Assembly: GCA_950097015.1 (NCBI GenBank)
Contig: CATNEN010000024.1
Span: forward strand, 4,340,001-4,404,000
DNA: 64,000 nucleotides
Reading direction: 5' to 3'
From: Macrostomum hystrix
Lineage: Eukaryota; Animalia; Platyhelminthes
Shown here piece after piece: positions 10,957-22,900 of this stretch (the first letter of the stretch is position 1; the number at the start of each line of letters is the position of its first letter). The notes below the pieces were generated by a model. The model saw nothing but the letters and a program-made list of their open reading frames with translations, had not been told where the DNA came from and made no database searches. The translations under genes were made by a program, and so were the position numbers.

Positions 10957-12443
10957 AAGGATGATAACTTTGGATAGTTCAGGATGATAACTTTGGATAG
11001 TTCAGGATGATAACTTTGGATAGTTCAGGATGATAACTTTGGATAGTTCAGGATGATAACTTTGGATAGTTCAGGATGATAACTTTGGATAGTTCAGGAT
11101 GGTAACTTTGGATAGTTCAGGATGGTAGCTTTGGATAGTTCAGGATGGTAGCTTTGGATAGTTCAGGATGGTAACTTTGAATAGTTCAGGATGATAACTT
11201 TGGATAGTTCAGGATGGTAACTTTGGATAGTTCAGGATGGTAACTTTGGATAGTTCAGGATGGTAACTTTGGATAGTTCAGGATGATAACTTTGGATAGT
11301 TCAGGATGATAACTTTGGATAGTTCAGGATGATAACTTTGGATAGTTCAGGATGATAACTTTGGATAGTTCAGGATGATAACTTTGGATAGTTCAGGATG
11401 GTAACTTTGGATAGTTCAGGATGGCAACTTTGGTAAGGATGATAACTTTGGATAGTTCAGGATGATAACTTTGGATAGTTCAGGATGATAACTTTGGATA
11501 GTTCAGGATGATAACTTTGGATAGTTCAGGATGATAACTTTGGATAGTTCAGGATGATAACTTTGGATAGTTCAGGATGATAACTTTGGATAGTTCAGGA
11601 TGATAACTTTGGATAGTTCAGGATGATAACTTTGGATAGTTCAGGATGGTAACTTTGGATAGTTCAGGATGGTAGCTTTGGATAGTTCAGGATGGTAGCT
11701 TTGGATAGTTCAGGATGGTAACTTTGGATAGTTCAGGATGGTAACTTTGGATAGTTCAGGATGATAACTTTGGATAGTTCAGGATGGTAACTTTGGATAG
11801 TTCAGGATGGTAACTTTGGATAGTTCAGGATGGTAACTTTGGATAGTTAAGGATGGTAACTTTGGATAGTTCAGGATGATAACTTTGGATAGTTCAGGAT
11901 GATAACTTTGGATAGTTCAGGATGGTAACTTTGGATAGTTCAGGATGATAACTTTGGATAGTTCAGGATGGTAACTTTGGATAGTTAAGGATGATAACTT
12001 TGGATAGTTCAGGATGATAACTTTGGATAGTTCAGGATGATAACTTTGGATAGTTAAGGATGGTAACTTTGGATAGTTCAGGATGATAACTTTGGATAGT
12101 TCAGGATGATAACTTTGGATAGTTCAGGATGATAACTTTGGATAGTTCAGGATGATAACTTTGGATAGTTAAGGATGGTAACTTTGGATAGTTCAGGATG
12201 ATAACTTTGGATAGTTAAGGATGGTAACTTTGGATAGTTCAGGATGATAACTTTGGATAGTTCAGGATGATAACTTTGGATAGTTCAGGATGATAACTTT
12301 GGATAGTTAAGGATGGTAACTTTGGATAGTTCAGGATGGTAACTTTGGATAGTTAAGGATGGTAACTTTGGATAGTTCAGGATGATAACTTTGGATAGTT
12401 CAGGATGGTAACTTTGGATAGTTCAGGATGGTAACTTTGGATA
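10957..12443. repeat. 23-bp minisatellite, about 65 units
   Basis: Unit GGATAGTTCAGGATG[A/G]TAACTTT. Confidence 0.97.
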
Positions 12444-12837
12444 GTAGGTAGGAGCTAGTAAACACAAGCTGCGCAACATGAAAGGCATCTTTGAAATGAT
12501 TTTCACTGAGGCAGTGTCACCTTTGTCACTTTGAGCTGTGCATGAGTCACATGTAGTGCGCGCCGAATTCATTGGCTCAATAGTATAAAAATGCAACGAA
12601 AGTTCGAAGCAGAATGTGATTAGGCAGTTTTATCTACATCTAGGAATGTTAAGCTGAGAAAAACAGATAAGAAATTTACGGCATCAGTGGACAGTTTATC
12701 GTACTGTATCTACAGTTCGCATGTACAAAAATTTCTCAACAATCAACGGGATTATTACGAGATTCGATGAATATGTAATAAAAAACTGGCATGTGAGAGC
12801 TCGACTGTGTAGTAGTATGTACGAGACACGGAGCCTA

Positions 12838-13178
12838 GGTCTGTACTTTAGAGTGGGACCTGGGTCTGTACTTTAGAGTGGGACCTGGGTCTGTACTTTA
12901 GAGTGGGACCTGGGTCTGTACTTTAGAGTGGGACCTGGGTCTGTACTTTAGAGTGGGACCTGGGTCTGTACTTTAGAGTAGGACCTGGGTCTGTACTTTA
13001 GAGTGGGACCTGGGTCTGTACTTTAGAGTGGGACCTGGGTCTGTACTTTAGAGTGGGACCTGGGTCTGTACTTTAGAGTGGGACCTGGGTCTGTACTTTA
13101 GAGTGGGACCTGGGTCTGTACTTTAGAGTGGGACCTGGGTCTGTACTTTAGAGTGGGACCTGGGTCTGTACTTTAGAA
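12838..13178. repeat. 25-bp minisatellite, about 13 units
   Basis: Unit CTGTACTTTAGAGTGGGACCTGGGT, with degenerate units to about 13290. Confidence 0.96.
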
Positions 13179-13777
13179 AAGGCCCTAGATCTGTTCTCTA
13201 GACTGGGACCTGAGTTTGTACTTTAATGCGAGGTTTCCATTCCACGTGTACTTTACAGTAGACCCCAAACAAAAATGTACTTTAGAGTCCTGATAGCGAC
13301 AAGGAAACTAAAGTTGTGGCCATATATACTGGTAAAATATTTAGTGTACACTCATTAACTATTTTTACATATAAAATACTTCTATCTATTACTCGACATA
13401 AAATGACAATGCGAAAATCTTTGCTTTGTCGAAAAACGATGGATGACGAAAAAAATCTTCTAAAAGCTGAAATACTTCCCTAGCAATGCGCTCTAAAATG
13501 AAACTAAATATAAGCAGAAGATCTCCATAAGAAACCAAGAGACCAGCTCTGTTGTACTTATATAAAAATATATGGTCAACTGAAACAGCAGCTAGGCTAA
13601 CAGGTAATCACTATGCCACCGTTTCTATTCAACGGCTTCAAATCACAGTCTGATCAAATAGGAAATTGGGATATTAATATCTTTCGGTCACAAACACCAG
13701 CTGAACAAAACGCTGAACTGAATAGAAAAACTGAGAAAAATCTGAGAAAGTTACTGATTCAACAAAAATTAGAGAAT

Positions 13778-16700
13778 TCATGCGCGTCCGCCACCTTCAC
13801 TGTCGCCGCCGCCGTCGTGGCCCGGCTGCAGAGCCGACAGCGGAGCGGTCACAGGCGCGGACAGCACCGTAATGCCGGAAGTTGAGGCCGCCAATGCGGC
13901 GCTATGCTTAGCCCGACTGGCCTCTAGCAGAGCCCGACTCTGCCGAATCTGCGCCACCAGATCTGTTTTGGCTGCCGACTGGGCAGTGGCTGCCCGGAAT
14001 CCGCCGGCCTGCAGCTGCGGGCTGTAGTGATCACCCAGACTGGCGGATGACGACACCGCGGCGCCGATGCCTGCCGAAGGATCGGCGCTGGCAGGACGAC
14101 TCAGCAGGGCATCAACTCGGTAGGCCGCGTACTGCCGGCTCTGTTGGCGAACGGCAAGACGCTGAAGAGCCGCATTCAACGCTGCCTCATCGTAGGTGGT
14201 CAGCGACTTTAGATTGCCGCCTGCGGGGGCGCCAGGCGTCGAAGCCGGCTGTTGAAATTCCCGACCGCCGCTGGCACTTATTGGACGCCGTCGGGAATGG
14301 CTCCCGCCGACATTGCCGACGTTTAGCAGTGGTGACGCACCTGCCGCTGACGAGGATGCACCTGTCGCCGAAGAAGCCGATGCTGAGATGAGTCGGGTGG
14401 ACGGAGAGGCACTGGGCGATGCGGAGACGACCCGCTGCTTTTGCGATGCTGAGGAGACATTCGAGGCGCGGATGAAGACTCCGGCACTGCGGTTTGCCCT
14501 GGTGTAGGCGGTCAGCAGAGCCTCCAGCTGGGCCTCCTCCGCAGTGCGAGCAAACACTGCGAACTCGCCGGCTGGCAGTCCGCTACCGCCGCCGCCACCG
14601 CCGACATCTTCGCCCCGCTGCCGCATGGCTTCCGTCTCTCTGGCGTAGCGCCGAACGAAGTCGGCCAGCAGGTCGGCCAGGATGGCCTGTCTCTGTGCCA
14701 GGCCGAGCCGCCGGCTGGGCAGGTTGGAAGCTCTGCCAGCGCCCTCCGCGTCGGCTCGGCGAAGAAAGCGCAGCACGAGGTCGAGCTGGTCGTTGGCCAA
14801 GCGTTCGTCTTCAGGCGAGAGGGTCTCGTGAGCCAGCACGGCCTTGATGGAAGGGCAGGATTATTTGCTGTAGCGCATATAAAACCGATCAATTAACTCA
14901 AAAGACTCCAAGTCTTGCAGTCTCACAGCCGATATTTCAAGCCGCCAAACGCCCGCTGGCACCTACCTGATCGGCCAGAAGGCGCCTCCGGATGCGCGCC
15001 AGGTAGGCGGCGAATGCCTGACGGGCTTGCAGTGGCGACATCGAGCCGCCACGCGACACCACTGACTCTAGATCGATTGGCGGCAACGGCGGCGTTGAAT
15101 AATTTGAAGGCGATATCAGGCGCTGCTGCTGCTGCTGCTGCTGCGTCTGGTCCGTCGGCTGCCTCACTGAGGACCTCGGCCTGGGAGGCCGACGAGAATT
15201 CGCGCTGCTCGACGGCGCTGGCGGATGCGGTGGCAGCTGCTGAGAAGCTGAGGACGCAGAAGGAGGAATCGCCAGCGTTGCAGTTGTTTCGCCCGAGAAC
15301 TCTGGAGGCGGCGGAGGAGGAGGAATCGGATCCGGCTGCTCTCTTTGGCGTCGAGTCGCTGGCGTCGCTTCCTCGGTTGCAGCTTCCCCACGGCCGGCGC
15401 CAAGTTTGCTTTCATAGCGACGGATTCGCTTTAAAGCTGTCCTGTAGGCGGCCCGGATGCGGCCGTATTGCCTGACCGCCAAGCCGCTGGCTGTGCGCAC
15501 GGCGCCAGCTAGCGAGGCCGGCGATATGCTGTGCAGAGACAGCTTGCCAGCCGGCACCGCAGACACCGAAGCTGAGTTCGGGCGCGACTGCGCCTGCGGA
15601 GCCTGAAAAATGTTAGGAAATTTCGGAGGTTAATTTTTGCCTGAAATGTGCTGTTTTAAGCGTTTGAAGATCTAGATAGTCAGGAGAGTGACAAGTCGAG
15701 AGAGTGAAAAGTCGAGAGAGTGACAAGTAGGGAGAGTGACAAGTAGGGAGAGTGACAAGTCGGGAGAGTGGGAAGTCGAGAGTGAAAAGTCGGGAGAGTG
15801 AAAAGTCGGGAGAGTGACAAGTAGGGAGAGTGACAAGTCGGGAGAGTGGGAAGTCGAGAGTGAAAAGTCGGGAGAGTGAAAAGTCGGGAGAGTGAAAAGT
15901 CGGGAGAGTGACAAGTCGGGAGAGTGACAAGTAGGGAGACTGGGAAGTCGAGAGTGACAAGTCGGGAGGCTGAAAAGTCGGGAAAGCGACAATTTAAAGT
16001 GACATGTGTTGCGAATGTCAAGTGGGAATGAGGCTGGCAGGAAGGTGCCAGTATTAGTCTGACCTGCGCCTGCCAGCGCTTCGGATAGAGCAGCCGGTGC
16101 AGAGCGGCATTGGCCTGACCATGCTGCGGGCTCTGCTGCTGGAACGCCGAGTAAGTGTCCCAGCTGTGCGGACTGGGGAACACCCGGAGCCAGCCGCCCC
16201 TGCGCCGGAATTCCTCGCGGGCGATGCGCAGCATTCGCTGTTCATCCAGGCTGGACGGTCCGCCACCGCCGCCGCCACCAACGGAGCCGGATGAGCGCAA
16301 AGAACCAGCGGAGCCGGGACGACTGCCATTGCCAGTTGCACTGCCGGCTCTAAAAATTTATCGAAATTTCAGCAAATTAATTTAACTTAGATCGGAATTG
16401 AAAACGGGCATTAGTTGCTCACCTGGAGCCACCTGGCGCGTGCATCACTCTCAGCATTGGATCCTGGCAGACGAATCCGACCAGAGACAGCAGGTCGCTG
16501 AGCATGTGGCATTTGATTTTAAAGTCCAAAGGCGAGTCGCAGGCTAGAGACGGGCTGAGGTTGACCTCCAGCAGCCAGGGCCGCAGTGCCTCGTCCAGGA
16601 TGATGTCGAAGCCGTACAGCTCGAAGCAGTTGCCACGGTGCGGTTGGAACATCTTGCAGGCGGCTGACACGGCTGACTCCACGCTGAGGATGGCCTTAAT

Positions 16701-17768
16701 GATGACATCCTCGATGCGCATCATCACGGCCGCAGTGTCGTGCCCCTCGGAGCGCAGGTACCTCAGCAGAGCGCCCAGCGACCATTTGTTGCCATAGTCC
16801 TCAACTTCAGCGTCGTCATTCTGCACAAAGTCTCGATTGCGCTTGTTCACACTGTAGTTGGTGAGGTGCATGCACTGGTTGCGCAGCTGCCGGCCGTCAG
16901 CCTGGTAGCGAACGGTGGCGAACCGGGCTAGGCCTTCCTCGTACACGTAGATCATTAGCGGATCGTAGGAGGTCACGGCGACGTAGATTCTTAAGTCAAA
17001 TTTGAAGCCATCAACAAGAAGTGGATTGGCGATGTACTTGCAGGCGACCAGCTGTTCGTCTAAGACGATCTGCTCCGGATTGTTGACGATAAAGATGCCC
17101 CTACCTCGACTGCTGGCGATGGGTTTCACAATGAACGGCCCCTTGTCCGTGTGGTGGTAGGCGCACAGGTCTTGGTATTCGGCTGGTAGGACAAAACTGG
17201 GCGGCACAAAGTCAAAATGCCGCGCCCCCATCAGCTGCTGCATCCGCTGCACATTCTTGAACAGCCGGTCCTTTCTAGTGAGCTCGTAGGAGCGGGGAAA
17301 GTGATTGATCTTCTGGAACTCGGTCATGCCACGCAGGCTGTAGGGCTTGAGGTGGCCGCCGGTCCACACCAGGTTGAAGTCCAGGCTGTTCGGATGCGTC
17401 TCGTGGAATCCGTGCGCCAGCAGGATGGTCTTAAGCAGCTTACAGTCGGTGCGGACAATCTTAAATGCCAGGTGATATTTCTCGCCTATGCAGCGCACCT
17501 GTGGATTTCTGCGCTCAACGGCGTGGGGCAAGAAGACGAGAATCGGCCGCTTCCGCCGCTGGCCGCACCAGACGAGGCTCGGATGCTCCGCGTCCGGCAC
17601 GCATAGCTCAATGGCGTCACCTTCGCCGCCTCCACCGCACTCGTCTTCCTCTTCGTCGTCATCTTCGTCGTCATCATTGGCATCGCCATCGGCCAATGGC
17701 ACAACATCGTTTAGGTCGTCGATGACGGCGGAGTGTGCGGTCTTATCGGCGGCAGCTGCAGAAATCAT
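13778..17768 (-). CDS. TTLL5: Tubulin polyglutamylase TTLL5-like (exons about 17768-16423, 16349-16064, 15602-14967, 14842-13778)
   Basis: TTL domain: [72 protein letters not shown]5-specific downstream motifs [15 protein letters not shown] and [22 protein letters not shown]. Start codon uncertain: an acceptor at 17756-17757 could link to an upstream exon. Confidence 0.92.
15676..15985. repeat. About 16-bp minisatellite in a TTLL5 intron
   Basis: Unit AGTGA[A/C]AAGT[C/A]GGGAG. Confidence 0.93.
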
Positions 17769-19910
17769 GATGTACGTAAAGATCCAAAAGATGTGTCTCT
17801 TTTTGATCAAGCAAAGGATAACTGAAATAGAGATCAGTGATTTGAAAAGTTTGGCTGTCCAAGAAATTTAATCAATATGTCCACACTGCTGCGAAATGTA
17901 TTTATTTTTAGTAAGGTAAAAAAATAAACCAATAGGTCTCTGAATTCGGACTTTCAAAAGCTAATTTTGTTTCGTTTTCATTTATGCATAAAAGCTAATA
18001 TGTGCGATGCTCTTCTTTATTATTTTAAATGATATATTTTATTATACAAAATAATTACTCGTAATAGTCTTCGTCTTCGTTTAAGAAAATAATGTCTTCG
18101 TTTTTTATGTATACCAAACTATTTTATCATTATAAAGAAATATATATACAGGAATGTTCTGTTCAATACATATGTTAGGCTTTACATTAAATTTTGACCA
18201 TTTTTCGACTAAGCAAGAAAACTTGAGATATTTTGACCTTTGAACTATTTTTTAAACATTTTTTAAATCGCCTTAAAAGCTTGATGACTTTTTCGAATCC
18301 ATGAGATATTGAACTCCAAATCTTTGATTTCCACATTTTATTAAGTAAGTTCTCTCAAAAAAACGACTCAGTTTGCAACAAAATATTTGGTTTATCTAAT
18401 GTAGCTACATAATACCCAGACTATTCTGATAATTAAATAAAGCCTGGGCCTGTGCTCAACATGTTCAGTATAGCAAAACATGAAAAGGAAACATTTTAGG
18501 AAATAATTATTTTAACACATAAAAACTGTATATAAGCAAATCTAAAAGGAACATCATAATTTTAAATACAGCTCAACCGCATAGGCCTATTCGATGTAAA
18601 ATTTTAAATTACATAACACAGCACTGATTCACGGATTCTTTGAACATAAAAATGCGGATTTCGCCTATCGAATCATTGCAGAAAAGCAAATAACTCTATG
18701 AAACAAAAGCTTTTTAATGTTATCAAATAAGTTATAAAAACTTTTTGTATGCTTTTTGTAATTCTCGGGATGCAATTGTATCCCTAGCGTTGTAAATAGT
18801 TTAAAGCTTTTGTTATAATAAGAAACAAAATAATTTTGATGCCGTTAAACTATCATTAAGTGTAGTGTCCGTATTTGATAGGCTTTACATAGTATTAAAA
18901 AAAATTGTTTTCTGCAACTTTATTAAATGCAAATAATTTTGAAATCATTTTATATCATTTTTTTCTAAATTTGTGAATTTTTTAAAAACTTTTTTACTTC
19001 TTTAGCACAGCTGCGGCTGAGCCACTCGACTGCCCAAATGGTTAGTTGTGCCTTTTATATACCTAATTTTATTTACCTATTTTAGCTATAATTCATCGAG
19101 GATTCAAAACTAGAGTAATGAGATGGCTTTCATTTGCAATTGTTAATGCATATTACGTTTTTTGTGCCCGAATCAATTCTGATTAGTGGTATAACTTCTA
19201 GATAGTGTCAAGGTATAATACATGCATGTTCTCGTGTTAACATGTAATGAGTAAAGGATCTGAACTTGTCGTTACTTGAAAACTTCATCGGTATTGTTGT
19301 TGACATCATTTAAACATTCTAAAAGCGATCGAAAAATGTTTTGTCCTCGTTTCTAGCAATTTTCATATCACTACAGTAGTGTGTAATTGGAAGTATAGTG
19401 TTTTCGCCTGCAACAGTATTATCAAATCTCGCCTTCTTTACCCTTACTTGCGGCAACTTCGATTAAAATAGATAGCTGTACTTATATATGCACTCAACAA
19501 CTTACAACACTTTTGTATTACGAGCGTAGCTTATCGTTTTTGTCCTGAGTGTAGCGCTCTCTTCTTGACTTTTAAGGCAGTGTAAGTTTAGTTAGTATTT
19601 CTACTGCTGCCCTTTTCATAAGCCACTCACTCTCTACCCTATTCTATTTCGTCTTACGACCCCATATCAAGATGATTATACTCTAATAGGCCACCCATGT
19701 TTCGGCAGCTTTTACTATCGCGGCACGTTACACTTTCTGGTTCGCTATCTGGTTTTGAGGGGGTTCTGAAAACTATGCAATGTTACTAAGCAATGTCTCT
19801 ATTGAGCAAGTCAAGGGCTCATATATAAATTTATATATATATGTGTGTAGGTCAATCGGTCTCACACTAATACTAGTGGCATTCATTCGACAGGCGAAAA
19901 AATATCAACC

Positions 19911-22900
19911 ATGCCAAACAATGCAGATAATAAGCCGCCTCGGATGTTTCGGATCGTCATCACCATCGGGCTTGCGATGCTGGAAACCCTGTTATTCTCC
20001 GGTGTGTCCTACGGCGTTATCTCCCTGGTGCCCATGCTGATTGACCGCGGCGTCTATGGCCACTTGTGCGCCAATTCCACCGATGCCAACTCCACAGTCA
20101 GCAGTTGTTCGGCCACTCGGGAACAGGTGACACTGGCTTTCACCGTCACTCAGGTGGTGACTCCGTTCGGCAATCTGGCCTCCGGCCTCATTCTCGACAG
20201 GCTGGGATTTCGGGCTACCAAGGCTGCGGCAGCTGTGCTTTTCGGTTTGGGCAGTCTCTGCTTCACCCTGGTGCAGCCCGGTAAGCAGCATTGGGGCAGG
20301 GCGGGACAAATTGGGGAATTGGCTACTCGTAGATGAGTAGCGGCAGCTCAAGCAATCTACTTTCGGTAGATTTAGGTGGGTTCGCCTTACGATCTAATCT
20401 ACTCGTACTAAACATAGAACTAATTTAACTTTTACAGATTAAAAACTGGGACCTTTAGTATTAACACGGATGAAAATATTTGCAGGAGGTTGTGAGCACT
20501 AATGTATCATTTAGCGACGGCCAGCGAGGAGGCAACTCTGCCCAGTGCGCTGATCCCTGAGCTCTATGAGCACATTACACGCATGTGAAAACGTACGCAG
20601 GCACACACTTAAACAGGTGCGTACATCTGCTACGACTTTCACACCGTCCAGCAATGTACACTCTCACTGTGCCTTAGGTGGCCCTCGTGAGCGCAAATTA
20701 CACGACAAACCAACAGTCTTCTCACCACTGCAGCTACGGCTGAAATGAATGTGCGAACTCGAACTCAGGCACACTCGCTGCGCGACTAACCCCGCCCATA
20801 CGCTGCCCATATTCTCCTATTTATTTTGCAGGTGTTGACTGGTTAATCTTTCCCGGCACAATGATGCTGGGCATCTCGGGCATCCAGCTGATCATGTGCA
20901 ACCTGCAGCTGGCGCCAATGGTAACGATTCCATTCGTGGTCGCTTCCATTATTAGCGGCCTCTTTGACGCGTGCACCATGGTGACATCGGCACTGGTGGT
21001 GAGTTCATTTGGAGTTTGTCTACTGTGATTGGTTGGGAGGAAAGTATGCTCGGGATTGAGTGCGCACTATAGGTCGAAAATTGATCAATTGAGGCAGAAC
21101 TTAGACTCCCGGAAAAAGCACCAGCGATCTACTAAATACTCGTATAATTACATCCGCATAGATAATAGTAATAATTATTGCAGGAGGGCTGCGGGCAATG
21201 GCACATCATTTGGTGACACTAGGCCGGCAATTCTGCCCATTTCGCTGACTCCTGAGCACACATGCACACAGATACGCAGGCACACGCTCACGCAGGTGTG
21301 TACATCTGCCCTGACTTTCTCATCGTCAGGCAGTGTACACTTCACTGTGCCTTGGAGTTTGTCCCTTAAGGGCGTAAATTGCACGACAAGCCCCCAAGCC
21401 TTCTCTCAGCGGCCGCGCCCCAAATAAATGTGGCCTCGCCGTGGAATCGAGCTCAGGGACCTTGGTGCGAGTGGCACACGCGTTAGACCAACCCCTAATC
21501 TTCCGCATCGAATGATGACATCCGTCGGATGTCTCAGCAAATCTCGCAGGCCGGGATCAGCAGCTACGTGGCATTCGGTGTCTTCACCGGCCTTGGTGTG
21601 CTCACCATCTGCCTGACCATCGTACTCTACCCGGGCAAGCACAGTGTGCTCCGAGTCGAAACCGAGTTAGCGACGAAGACCGGGGACAGGGTTCATCGCC
21701 AAAGCACCGAGGAACAACCACAAAAACAGCTAGAGAAGAGGAAGGAATCAGCCGAGAAAGTTTCTGAGGAATCGACTGAAGAGGCAAGTAATGTATCCCA
21801 TTGCGCCTAAAAATATTCTCTGCTATTATACTAAATTTCGATCGGACTCTGTCTGACCGTTTGTTCGATAATTCGTAGGACATGGATGGCTGAAACTTAA
21901 TGGGACTAGCGTTGAACGGTCAAGCAAAAACTCTACGTGTCATAGGCTACTTGTTTATTCCATTATTTTAATTCCATCATTTTGAAAAAACAGAAAACAT
22001 TGTTTCTCGACCTTCTCTTGATACATGTTTGCTCCAGACCGACACTTGGCTAAAAAATGACTTCGGTTAAATGAGTTGCGTCAACAGTATGTGCCTATCT
22101 GTTTAGTGTATTTTCTCTCCAGCGGAGGGCGCTCAAATGAAACCTGTTAAAATTGTACATAACTCAGATTGAGTGGAGCAGGTGCGTGATGCGGTCTACT
22201 ACTAAGGCGGGTCTGTTCAATTCAATAAATAACAGCGTACACTCACTGGGCTAGAGGAGGTGGGGGAGAGAATATTAAATTAATTTCAATTCGCACCTCT
22301 GACTTAAAGGCATGTGCTTACAAAAATGGGAGACCTGGGCATCGCTGTCCTCAAATGGAGTGTTTTGAGTTCACCTGATTGGTTTGTCGATTGCCTCGTC
22401 GATTTACTAATTTTGCTGGGTAATATTGGTTCTCTTCTGCTGGGGGGACATTGGTTCTCTTCTGCTGGGGGGACATTGGTTCTCTTCTGCTGGGGGACAT
22501 TGGTTCTCTTCTGCTGGGGGGACATTGGTTCTCTTCTGCTGGGGGACATTGGTTCTCTTCTGCTGGGGGACATTGGTTCTCTTCTGCTGGGGGGACATTC
22601 GTTCTCTGTTGCTGGGGAGGGACATTTGTTATCTTCTGCTGGGGGACATTGGTTCTCTTCTGCTGGGGGACATTGGTTCTCTTCTGCTGGGGGACATTGG
22701 TTCTCTTCTGCTGGGGGACATTGGTCCACTAATTGCTCTAAACTCCATCGGTTTGTGCTCGTAAACAGTCGTGCTGTGCCGGCCTGCGATTTCTGCTCAC
22801 AACCGACTTCTTCCTGATGATCGTGTGGATGATATGCAACAATCTGCGCCTCAACTACTTCTTCGGCTCGTTGAACGCCTACGTTGACCTAATCACCGAT

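Noticed and set aside
13778-17871. Numerous plus-strand and alternate-frame ORFs over TTLL5, and similar shadows over ADAM, SLC25A44, DYRK and the methyltransferase
   Set aside because: Antisense or alternate-frame shadows of GC-rich coding exons, with no recognisable motifs.
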